Positions 1-7,954 of a DNA stretch of 46,697 nt are shown piece after piece. Both the position numbers and the translations under genes were made by a program. Under the pieces are notes generated by a model. That model worked only from the letters and a program-made list of their open reading frames with translations. It was not told the DNA's origin and made no database searches. How positions within the stretch are numbered: position 1 is the first letter of the stretch; each line of letters begins with the position of its first letter. Source of the DNA: Gaiellaceae bacterium. Lineage in GTDB: Bacteria > Actinomycetota > Thermoleophilia > Gaiellales > Gaiellaceae. Location: NCBI GenBank assembly GCA_045403015.1, contig JAXIPI010000220.1:1-46697 (forward strand), in the 5' to 3' direction.

Positions 1-600
1 GACTGGGTCAACCACGCAGGCGGCAGCGGCGCCAGCGGCTGGGATCTCAACCAGGGAGATCAGTTCATCGTCGCCGACATCGACGCCGACACCCGCGACG
101 AACTGATCGTCGTCAGCCCCAACGGCCAATGGATCGGCATCCTCCGCGAGGACAACGGCGGCCTCAGCGCCGGCTGGATCAAGAACGACTGGGTCAACGA
201 TCCTGGCGGCAGCGGCGCCAGCGGCTGGGACCTCAGGCAAGGTGATCGCTTCTTCGTCGCCGACATCGACGCCGACAACCGCGACGAGCTCGTGATCGTC
301 TCGCCCGACACACAATGGATCGGAGTCCTCCAGGAAGCGGGCGGCGGGCTCGAAGCCACCTGGCTCGGAAATGACTGGGTCAACCACCCAGGCGGCAGCG
401 GCGCCAGCGGCTGGGACCTCAAGCTGGGCGACCGGTTCTTCGTCGCCGACGTGGATGCGAACAACCACCAGGAGCTGCTCGTCTCCAGTCCCAACGGCCG
501 CTGGTTGGGGCTGTTCAGGGACTCCGGCGGCGGGCTGGCGGCGACATGGATCACGGCGGACTGGGTCGAGCCGACGGGCGGCGCGCTCGGCGCGCTGCTG
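1..600 (+). repeat. Tandem 186-nt coding repeats (at least 3 full units, truncated by window edge)
   Basis: GACTGGGTC unit starts at 1, 187, 373 and 559. The core GGCGGCAGCGGCGCCAGCGGCTGGGA is almost identical in the first three copies. Confidence 0.9.
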
Positions 601-1998
601 GCCGGAGGGATCCTGAGCGCGAGCGTACGCCTCCGGCTGCAAACGCTCCGAACGTTCGACTTCGCGAATGCAACGCCGATGCCGGTTCTCAGCTCTCGGG
701 ACAACGTCGACCAGCCCTACACCGAGACGATCCGTCCCGGCTCCGGCCAGGCGGCCGGGAAGGACGTGCTCTACATCGGGATCAACGACTTCGGCGGCTT
801 CGGCGGAACGGGCGGGCGCACGGCGACGATCGAGGCCTGCTTCGACGCCGGGGCGCCGACACCGGCCTTCACGTCGATCAGGCTCGAGCGCCGCACCACA
901 AGCGGTCAGGACGGGCCTCCGATCCGGCCCGCCGTCCATTCCGACGGGACGGTCTACGCGGTGTTCTCCAGCTGGCAGACGTTCAGCAACGTGACAGGCG
1001 TTGGAACTGCGGATGTGGTCGTCGTCCGCGACGACGATTGGGGCCGAAGCGCGAACCCGTTCTCGGCCCTCGTCGACCCAGGCGACAACGTTGCCGGGAT
1101 GCGGGTCACGACGGGAATGAACTTCACGTTCAATTTCATGGCCGGCCAGGAACGCCACTCCTGCCCTCTTTCGATCGCGGTCGACCCTCGCACGAGCGAC
1201 ACCGTCTGGGTCGCATGGGGCGACCTTCCCGGTGGTGTGCCGACTCTGCACGTCAACCGGTCGACCGATCGCGGCGTGACCTGGTCGGCAGACCTACGCG
1301 CGATCGCGAACGCCACGAACCCCGCGCTCGCCGTCACAGACGACGGCACAGTCGGCTTCATGTTCCAGCAGCTGACCGGCACCGCGCCGGCGACGCGCTG
1401 GAACACCCACTTCCAACGGACGAGCGACGGGACGAACTGGACCGACTTCATGCTCGCCACGGTCCCTTCGAACGCGCCCGCAAGCGCCTTCTTGCCCTAC
1501 CTGGGCGACTACCTCGGGCTGAAGACGCATGGCGTCGACTTCTACGGGGTCTTCAGCACGAACAACACCCCGCTGGCAACGAACTTTCCGCAAGGCGTCC
1601 GTTTCCTCCGGAACGCGGACTGGACCACGAACGCGCTCCGCAACGCCGCCAACACGACGAACGTCGCGATCTCGATCGACCCGTTCTTCGTCAAGATCAC
1701 GCCTCCACCCGACGGGCCTGACGTGCGCATCACGTGCACCGACAAGGCCTCGACGCCCTTCGGCCACGGCAGGATCGAAGCACTCGGCGGGATCGAGAAC
1801 GGCGTCCCGTGGAAGCTCACCGTTCCACAGGTCATCGCGCGGATCGAAGAGGAGGACCAGCGATTCTTCGTCGAGGAGCCCGTCGGTGACCGCGTGGGGG
1901 TCGTGATCGCGACGACCTCCCGCGGGCGGCGCTTCGTGAAGACGGTCGCCGACGGCGACGAACCGAACAACCTCATCGCCCTCCCGGACTGCCCGTAG
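1..1998 (+). CDS. Large repeat protein, 5' end outside window: FG-GAP/VCBS-like 62-aa repeats, BNR/Asp-box sialidase-like region, C-terminal DUF3892-like domain
   Basis: Frame 1 is open from base 1; track ORF 292..1998 is the same frame. Repeats DWVNxPGGSGASGWDLxxGDxFxVADIDAD..ELxxxSPxGxWxG. Asp-box STDRGVTWS plus a degenerate TSDGTNW. Tail FVKTVADGDEPNNLIALPDCP resembles DUF3892. Confidence 0.75.
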   Translation, partial: DWVNHAGGSGASGWDLNQGDQFIVADIDADTRDELIVVSPNGQWIGILREDNGGLSAGWIKNDWVNDPGGSGASGWDLRQGDRFFVADIDADNRDELVIVSPDTQWIGVLQEAGGGLEATWLGNDWVNHPGGSGASGWDLKLGDRFFVADVDANNHQELLVSSPNGRWLGLFRDSGGGLAATWITADWVEPTGGALGALLAGGILSASVRLRLQTLRTFDFANATPMPVLSSRDNVDQPYTETIRPGSGQAAGKDVLYIGINDFGGFGGTGGRTATIEACFDAGAPTPAFTSIRLERRTTSGQDGPPIRPAVHSDGTVYAVFSSWQTFSNVTGVGTADVVVVRDDDWGRSANPFSALVDPGDNVAGMRVTTGMNFTFNFMAGQERHSCPLSIAVDPRTSDTVWVAWGDLPGGVPTLHVNRSTDRGVTWSADLRAIANATNPALAVTDDGTVGFMFQQLTGTAPATRWNTHFQRTSDGTNWTDFMLATVPSNAPASAFLPYLGDYLGLKTHGVDFYGVFSTNNTPLATNFPQGVRFLRNADWTTNALRNAANTTNVAISIDPFFVKITPPPDGPDVRITCTDKASTPFGHGRIEALGGIENGVPWKLTVPQVIARIEEEDQRFFVEEPVGDRVGVVIATTSRGRRFVKTVADGDEPNNLIALPDCP

Positions 1999-2029
1999 AC
2001 ACGACACTCGAACCGATCGGAGCTCGCTA

Positions 2030-2278
2030 GTGCAGGAACTCTTCCCCATTTTGTTCGGCCTCGTCCTCGGCGCGGCTCTCGGCTTCGTCCGTCCCTCGCT
2101 GCGCTTGCCCGTCGGTGCCGTCCTCGCGATCGCCCTCGGTGTACTCGCCACGGTCGTCACAGGAGAGTTCTCGTCGAGCTGGGCGTATCTCCTGGTCGAC
2201 ATTCCGCTCGTCGCACTCTCAGCGCTTGCGGGACTCCTCGCCGGGCGGCGGGTAGCCGCAGGCGCCTCGCCGCCTTGA
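2030..2278 (+). CDS. Small hydrophobic membrane protein (about 3 TM segments), unknown function
   Basis: GTG start with GGAG 7 nt upstream. The 82-aa product is almost entirely hydrophobic helices. High GC3. Confidence 0.5.
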   Translation: MQELFPILFGLVLGAALGFVRPSLRLPVGAVLAIALGVLATVVTGEFSSSWAYLLVDIPLVALSALAGLLAGRRVAAGASPP

Positions 2279-2532
2279 CGCGGGCTTGCGGCCGCCGCTA
2301 CCCTCGATCGCGTCAAGCGACCGTGGAAGGAGGAGCGTCCAGATGAATGTGAGTTTCGCCCCCTTCCCCGGCGTCGCCTGACCCCACGAGCAGCCTTCCT
2401 CTCTGAGCTCTTGGCACGGGCGGCGCCCCGACGCCAGCCTTCTGCCAGGGAGATCGATTGCTCGAGCTCGACAGCCCGGCCGACAACACGTGGCCCACGC
2501 AACACCCAGTTCAGCAGCACACAGGCCAGCCG

Positions 2533-2865
2533 ATGCGCCTGCACGCGATGGACGCGTGGGTTCGTGACGCCTCGGTCCTGACCAATGCGGACGAGCTGAA
2601 GGCCGTCCTCCACGCTGCCGCGGCGGCCGGCGGCGCGACCGTCGTCGGCGAGGAGTTCTGCGCGTTTCCAAACGGCGCCGTGACGGGCGTGCTCCTGCTC
2701 GCCCAATCGCACCTCAGCATCCACACGTGGCCAGAGCTCGGACTCGCCAACATCGACCTCCTCACATGCGGAGACATCGACGGCGGCGTCGTGCTGAGGA
2801 CGATCCGCGAGCGTCTCGATGTCGAGCGAGCGAATGTTCGCTGCATCCGGCGGGCCCTTGACTGA
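2533..2865 (+). CDS. speH: S-adenosylmethionine decarboxylase proenzyme, small SpeH/SpeD class
   Basis: Self-processing/pyruvoyl motif region [15 protein letters not shown] followed by DLLTCGD. The ATG at 2533 gives an N-terminus aligned to typical SpeH. An alternative TTG at 2458 has AGGGAG 5 nt upstream. Confidence 0.8.
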   Translation: MRLHAMDAWVRDASVLTNADELKAVLHAAAAAGGATVVGEEFCAFPNGAVTGVLLLAQSHLSIHTWPELGLANIDLLTCGDIDGGVVLRTIRERLDVERANVRCIRRALD

Positions 2866-3862
2866 GGAGCGCCGCATCGTCCGCGACGTGGCCGCCGCCG
2901 TCGGGCTCGCAGAGGGAGAGCGGGGCGTCCGGGCCGTGCTGGACACGCTTGCCCGGCTCGAGCCCGTCTCGACCCGCCGCATCAGCCGGGCGGCCGAGCT
3001 GCCGGTCCCGATCGTCGCCGCGGTCTGCGGCGAGCTCCGCAAGCACTCGGTCGTCGCGGAGGAGCGGCCCACGCAGCTGACGACGACGGGACGCGAGCTC
3101 TTCGCCGGCGGCAGCCTCCACATCGGCCGCGCGGCGTGCCCGGACTGCCGCGGGCGAGGGATCGTCGTCAACGGCGAGCTCTCGACGCTCGTGCGCGAGC
3201 TCTCGGAGGCCGTCCGTGGCGGACCACCCGCCCGGCTCGAGCTCGACCAGTGCCATTGCACAGTGGACACGAAGCTGCGACGGCTGCTCGCGATCCACGA
3301 GGCCGGAGCGCTCGTCGGCCGGCGTGTCCTCCTGCTCGGCGACGATGATCTGACGGCGCTCGCTCTCAAGCTGGTCGTGCGCTGCCATGGCTCGCACGCC
3401 ACGATCGCAAGCCTCGCGATCGTGGACGTCGATCCGGCGCTGGTCTCCTTCCTCGACCGCGAGCTCGGCGACGCGCCGTTCCCGGTCACCTGTATCGAGC
3501 ACGACCTCCGCCGGCCGTTGCCGCCAAGGCTCGTGGGAGCGTTCGACACGGTCGTCACCGATCCGCCCTACACGACCGCCGCCGCTCGGCTCTTTCTCTC
3601 GCGCGCGGCGGACGCGCTCGACCACGGCCGGGGCGACGTCTTCCTGTCGTTCGGGTCGAGGCGACCAAACGCCGCAGTGCAGCTGCAGCGTGCGATCGTG
3701 GAGATCGGCTTCGTGATCCAGCGGCTCTCCCGGGACTTCAACGAGTACGTCGGCGCCGGAGTCCTCGGCGGCACGAGCCACCTCTACCATCTCGCGGCCA
3801 CCGACGCGCTCACGCCCGCGGTCACAGGGAACTTCGGCGAGCCGCTTTATACCGCCGACTGA
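2819..3862 (+). CDS. BpsA-like (DUF43) aminopropyltransferase / branched-chain polyamine synthase candidate, with N-terminal wHTH-like region and CPDCRGRG zinc-ribbon-like motif
   Basis: [13 protein letters not shown] and [11 protein letters not shown] motifs match my recollection of the DUF43/BpsA C-terminal domain. Sits directly after speH. Start uncertain: ATG 2819 or 2834, both overlapping the speH end. Confidence 0.65.
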   Translation: MSSERMFAASGGPLTEERRIVRDVAAAVGLAEGERGVRAVLDTLARLEPVSTRRISRAAELPVPIVAAVCGELRKHSVVAEERPTQLTTTGRELFAGGSLHIGRAACPDCRGRGIVVNGELSTLVRELSEAVRGGPPARLELDQCHCTVDTKLRRLLAIHEAGALVGRRVLLLGDDDLTALALKLVVRCHGSHATIASLAIVDVDPALVSFLDRELGDAPFPVTCIEHDLRRPLPPRLVGAFDTVVTDPPYTTAAARLFLSRAADALDHGRGDVFLSFGSRRPNAAVQLQRAIVEIGFVIQRLSRDFNEYVGAGVLGGTSHLYHLAATDALTPAVTGNFGEPLYTAD

Positions 3863-3930
3863 CAAGGGGTTGCCCGCCCGTCACAACCTATGCGAATGTT
3901 GAGACTCCGGGGTCGCGCGAGGAGGTAACC

Positions 3931-4794
3931 ATGACTGACTGGTGGGAGCGACCCTACGAGGGTGGCAACATGATCGAGCTGCCCGGATTCGCACGGCCTA
4001 TGTTCCCCGCCGATGCGACCGAACAAGGCAAGACGCCCTCGACCGACGGCGCCGACGTAATCGCCTACAAGCGCACCGTCGCTCGGCTCGGCCGGTGGGA
4101 GTGGAACCCCGACGGATGGGATGACAGCTATTCGAACGCGTTCGCCCATGGCGAAGACGGTGGCAACGTCGCCGAGTCGGGGATGGCGGGTGTGCAGCGG
4201 CAAGCCAACATCTCACCCGCCACGGGCTGGGTCGACGAGACGACCTTCAACCTGCTCCGATCGGTGAAGATCCCGGAAGGGCTCCAGCATGCCGGCGAGC
4301 ACGCGATGGACTCGGTCGCGCAAACATTGCTGAAAGAGGCGTGGGAGACAGCGGTCCGCCTGGCGGAAGCCGCCGCTGAAGCCGAACGCGGCGGGAGCCT
4401 GGAGGAGGTGCAGGTGACGCCGGATGCCGGCGATCCGAACTGGGGCGGATCGAACAACGTGATGCAGCAGTTCATCGAGCCATTCATGACGAAGCGCGGG
4501 CTCCCGATCGGCTCGGGCAAGCGGACGCCGGCCGAGAACGCGGCGGTGGGCGGCTCCGCGACCTCAGACCACCTGACTACCAAGTCAACGACCGCGGCGC
4601 GGGACTTTCCGACCTTCACGGGCGAGGAGCATGCACGAGCGCTGGCAGCGTCGATGGGGTGTGATACCTGGCGGCCGAACCGCTTTGACAGCTTCACGTT
4701 CTCAGCAGGAGGCCGTCGATGGAGCGCGCAGATCCTCTGGGGCGCGGACATCAATCATTCCGACCACGTGCACGTCGGGATCTCTCCGGCATGA
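3931..4794 (+). CDS. Endolysin-like cell-wall hydrolase: PG_binding_1-like N-terminal domain plus LAS/M15-type zinc peptidase C-terminal domain, no signal peptide
   Basis: Strong SD GAGGAGG before the ATG. GADVIAYKRTVARLG...GVQRQANISPATGWVDETTFNLL resembles a peptidoglycan-binding repeat. KRTPAENAAVGGSATSDH....AARDF and HSDHVHVGI resemble M15/LAS metal-ligand motifs. Confidence 0.7.
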   Translation: MTDWWERPYEGGNMIELPGFARPMFPADATEQGKTPSTDGADVIAYKRTVARLGRWEWNPDGWDDSYSNAFAHGEDGGNVAESGMAGVQRQANISPATGWVDETTFNLLRSVKIPEGLQHAGEHAMDSVAQTLLKEAWETAVRLAEAAAEAERGGSLEEVQVTPDAGDPNWGGSNNVMQQFIEPFMTKRGLPIGSGKRTPAENAAVGGSATSDHLTTKSTTAARDFPTFTGEEHARALAASMGCDTWRPNRFDSFTFSAGGRRWSAQILWGADINHSDHVHVGISPA

Positions 4795-4823
4795 CGATTC
4801 AGCGACGGCTCTAGCGTTCATCG

Positions 4824-5753
4824 GTGAAGGAGCTCGCGATCATCGCCGCGGTCCTCGGCGCTCTCGTCGCTGTCGGCCTCGCGATCTGGCTGATACCGCG
4901 CTGGCAAGTCGATCGCTGGCGCCGCGCGGGGATCTCCGACGAGGAGAAGCTCGCCGAGCTCGGCGTGCAGGCGCGGAGCAGCATCACACAGGCGCTCGGT
5001 GGGCTGGCGCTCATCGTCACGATTGCGATCACCGCATTCCAGGTCAACGAAGCACGGCGAAGTTCAGACAGTGCTCAGCAAAACGCGGACAAGAACTTCG
5101 ACCTCGCTCAGCAGAGCGCAGCCAGGAACTTCGCACTGGCTCAGCGAGGACAGGTGTCGGAGCGGTTCTCGAGAGCGGTCGAGCAACTCGGCGCGACGGA
5201 CGAGAACAGAAACCCCGACACCGCTGTGCGCACGGGTGCGCTGTTTTCGTTGATGCGCATCGGCATCGACTCACCGGCGCACACGCAGCCGGCTCTGCTC
5301 GTCGTGGCCACCTACGTGAGGAGATTCAAGAAGCCGGCGAAGCTCCAGCCGAACGGTTGCGGCGCGGACTACGACTTCACTCAGAGCCAACCGGACATCG
5401 CGAACGCGCTTCGATTCGTGCTGTACAGGATCGCGGCGAAGCTGAAAGACAAGAAGGAGTTCCTTGGCCTCAGGGGCGCCAACCTCAACGGACTTGCTCT
5501 TGATGGGCTGAATCTCAGCGGGTTCGACCTCACCCGGATCAAGTTCGCTCACGCCTCGTTGCTGCGCGCGGACTTCCGCGGCGCAAACCTCCGGCGGGCG
5601 AACTTCGAGCATGCCTGCCTCATCGGCGCGAAATTCAAAGGCGCATCCCTAGAAGGAGCACAGTTCACGGGTGCAACGTTCACCGAGCGTGGTCGCGACC
5701 TGTCGCCTCTGTCGGAGGTCCAGAAGAGCCAGGTCAAGGTCGTTCCGCCCTAG
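4824..5753 (+). CDS. Membrane-anchored pentapeptide-repeat protein
   Basis: N-terminal TM (LAIIAAVLGALVAVGLAIWLI) and a second TM. C-terminal run LRGANLNGLALDGLNLSGFDLTRIKFAHASLLRADFRGANLRRANFEHACLIGAKFKGASLEGAQFTGATF. Confidence 0.85.
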   Translation: MKELAIIAAVLGALVAVGLAIWLIPRWQVDRWRRAGISDEEKLAELGVQARSSITQALGGLALIVTIAITAFQVNEARRSSDSAQQNADKNFDLAQQSAARNFALAQRGQVSERFSRAVEQLGATDENRNPDTAVRTGALFSLMRIGIDSPAHTQPALLVVATYVRRFKKPAKLQPNGCGADYDFTQSQPDIANALRFVLYRIAAKLKDKKEFLGLRGANLNGLALDGLNLSGFDLTRIKFAHASLLRADFRGANLRRANFEHACLIGAKFKGASLEGAQFTGATFTERGRDLSPLSEVQKSQVKVVPP

Positions 5754-5769
5754 CAGCGCTACCCTCGCT

Positions 5770-5781
5770 TTCGAATTCGAA
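5770..5781. promoter_or_regulatory. Perfect 12-bp palindrome TTCGAATTCGAA upstream of the DeoR regulator gene (candidate operator)
   Basis: Read directly. An AT-rich palindrome in an otherwise GC-rich intergenic region, about 80 nt upstream of the likely DeoR start. Confidence 0.3.
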
Positions 5782-5860
5782 GGTGCCCGTGGTTGCTCCC
5801 GAGCCTCACTTACGCTTTCATAAGGAACCAGCCCTTCCGACGCGGGAGCATGCAGGCGCG

Positions 5861-6685
5861 ATGGAGACAGAAGACCTGAAGACGAACGGCCCAGACGTCT
5901 CCGCCCTGGTGCCGGGCGAGCTGCGGCGGGAGCGCATGCTCTCGGCGTTGCACGAGCGCGAGTTCCTCCGGGTCACCGAGCTCGGAGAGATGTTCGGCAT
6001 CTCCGAGGTGACGGTGCGCAGCGACCTCGACACGCTCGCCGAGAACGGTCGCGTGATGCGCGTTCGCGGCGGCGCCATGGCTCCGCGCGCACGCCCGGGT
6101 GAGCGCCCGTTCGAGGAGATGCGGGCAGCTCAGGCGGCCGAGAAGGCGCGCATCGGCCGCGCCGCGGCGGAGCTTGTGCGCAGCGGCGAAACGGTGATCC
6201 TCGACGTCGGCACGACCACCACGGCGGTCGCCCGCGCGCTCATCGCGCGGCAGGACCTGCAGGAGGTCGGCGTCTTCACGAACGCGATCAACATCGCGCT
6301 GGAGTTCGAGCCCGCGATCCCGCGTTTCTCGGTCGTCGTCCTCGGCGGCACGCTGCGACCGCTCCAGCACTCGCTCGTCGATCCGCTCGGCGGCCTCGCA
6401 CTCGCCCAGATCCAGGCGAGCGCCGTGTTCCTCGGCTGCAACGGGGTCGACCCCGACGGCGGCGTGACGAACATCAACCTGCCCGAGGCAGCGGTCAAGC
6501 GCCGGATGCTCGCCGCAGCGCATCGGCGCATCGTCGTCGCAGACGGCTCCAAGCTCGGCCGCGTCGAGCTCGCCCGTCTCTGCTCGGTGGACGAGATCGA
6601 CCTCCTCATCACCGACGCCTCCGCGGACGACGCGGTGCTCGCGCGGCTGCGCGAGCGGGACGTCGAGGTCCTCGTCGCGACGTGA
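5861..6685 (+). CDS. DeoR/GlpR-family transcriptional regulator
   Basis: HTH region FLRVTELGEMFGISEVTVRSDLDTLAENGRVMRVRGGA plus a DeoR C-terminal sugar-phosphate sensor-like domain. Start chosen at METEDLK (track ORF begins at 5783). Confidence 0.85.
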   Translation: METEDLKTNGPDVSALVPGELRRERMLSALHEREFLRVTELGEMFGISEVTVRSDLDTLAENGRVMRVRGGAMAPRARPGERPFEEMRAAQAAEKARIGRAAAELVRSGETVILDVGTTTTAVARALIARQDLQEVGVFTNAINIALEFEPAIPRFSVVVLGGTLRPLQHSLVDPLGGLALAQIQASAVFLGCNGVDPDGGVTNINLPEAAVKRRMLAAAHRRIVVADGSKLGRVELARLCSVDEIDLLITDASADDAVLARLRERDVEVLVAT

Positions 6686-7845
6686 CCGAGCTCCTTCGGC
6701 ACGAGCTGCGGGACGGGACGGGTCGCCGCCTCTTCGTCTACGGCCCGCTGCAGGGAACGCTTCCACCGACAGGCGACGACGGCGCCCCAACCGGCCTGCA
6801 CAAGCGCTTCGACCCCTTCACACGCACCTGGGTCGCGGTCTCCGCGTCGAGGAATGCGCGGCCGAACGATGCCCGCCCCGACGACCCGCCGCGCGAGTGT
6901 CCGCTCTGCCCGGGGGGCGCCGAGGTGCCGTTCCCCTATGAGAGCGCCGTCTTCGAGAACCGCTTTCCCGCGCTCGCCGGCGAGCCTCCCGCCGTGGAGC
7001 CCCAGCCGCTCACTGCACCCGCTGTCGGACGCTGCGAAGTCGTGCTCTACACCGACGAGCACGAGGGCTCGCTCGCCACGCTCTCCGACGATGCCGTCGG
7101 CCGAGTCCTGGCGATGTGGCGCGACCGCTCGCGGGAGCTCTGGGACGATCCCCGGCATGCGTTCGTGATGATCTTCGAGAACCGCGGGGTCGCGGCCGGT
7201 GCAACCCTGTCCCATCCGCATGGTCAGATCTACGCGTTCGACCACGTCCCGCCGGTCCAGCGCGAGAAGCTGGCCGCGCTCCAGGAGCATCGAGGACGGA
7301 CCGGATTCTGCCTCGCGTGTGAGATGCGGGACGCAGACGACCGCGACGACGAACGCCGGGTGGCTGCGAACGACAGCTTCGTGGTCTCCGTTCCGTATGC
7401 GGCCCGCTGGCCCTATGAGGTGCACGTCAAGGCCCGCCGGCACGGCCTCTGCCGCCTGGCCGACCTGACTGCAGAGGAGGAGCTCGATCTCGGACTCGCA
7501 CTTCGCGACGTCGTCTACCGGTACGACCGGCTCTTCGAGGATCCCCTCGCCTACATGATGGTCGCCCAGGAGGCGCCCGAGGAAAGCGACGACTGGCATC
7601 TCCACTTCGAGTTCTCGCCGCCCAACCGAAGTGCGTCGCAACTAAAGGTTCGCGCGAGCGTCGAAACCGCGACGGGATTCTTCATCAACGACACCTTGCC
7701 CGAAGCGAGCGCCCATGCCCTGGCCCGAATCGACGTGCCCGATCTCCGGCTGCGCCGCAGCGTCTTGCGGGACGTCGTCGAGGCCGCCCGGGAGCCTGTC
7801 GCCGCGGTCGCGAGCTCGGCGGATACTTTCGAAACCGACAGCTAA
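6682..7845 (+). CDS. galT: Galactose-1-phosphate uridylyltransferase
   Basis: CPLCPGG zinc motif and active-site HPHGQIYAF (His-Pro-His). GTGA start/stop overlap with the DeoR gene. Confidence 0.9.
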   Translation: MTELLRHELRDGTGRRLFVYGPLQGTLPPTGDDGAPTGLHKRFDPFTRTWVAVSASRNARPNDARPDDPPRECPLCPGGAEVPFPYESAVFENRFPALAGEPPAVEPQPLTAPAVGRCEVVLYTDEHEGSLATLSDDAVGRVLAMWRDRSRELWDDPRHAFVMIFENRGVAAGATLSHPHGQIYAFDHVPPVQREKLAALQEHRGRTGFCLACEMRDADDRDDERRVAANDSFVVSVPYAARWPYEVHVKARRHGLCRLADLTAEEELDLGLALRDVVYRYDRLFEDPLAYMMVAQEAPEESDDWHLHFEFSPPNRSASQLKVRASVETATGFFINDTLPEASAHALARIDVPDLRLRRSVLRDVVEAAREPVAAVASSADTFETDS

Positions 7846-7954
7846 AGGACTATGTTGACAAGACTTCGGAAATAAGAGAATGTCCTCCACACCAAAGCCG
7901 GGACCGACCGCCCGGTCGACCGTTGCACGACGCTGTGCATGGAAGGAGAAGAGC

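Noticed and set aside
60-704. 214-aa minus-strand ORF with its own internal repeats
   Set aside because: It is the antisense image of the FG-GAP-like tandem repeats. The plus-strand frame has recognisable motifs and continues for 1998 nt. The antisense product is low-complexity Ser/Pro/Ala.}
2279-2532. SAM or other known riboswitch in the speH leader
   Set aside because: Some local pairing is possible. I could not recognise the conserved cores of the SAM riboswitch classes by eye, so I claim only the uORF and flag the leader length.
1294-3558. 754-aa minus-strand ORF spanning several plus-strand genes
   Set aside because: This is a typical long antisense open frame of high-GC DNA: Arg/Ser/Ala-rich with no motifs. 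It overlaps plus-strand genes that have clear family signatures (BNR protein, speH, BpsA-like). The same reasoning applies to 2762..3865, 6130..7641, 7850..9160, 9123..9962, 12511..13914, 14333..15457, 36998..38752, 40360..41472, 44855..45823 and 45827..46591.
7855-7883. TTGACA as a -35 promoter box upstream of the binding-protein gene
   Set aside because: No acceptable -10 hexamer sits at 16-18 nt spacing; the candidates are GAATGT and AATGTC. I therefore did not annotate it as a promoter.
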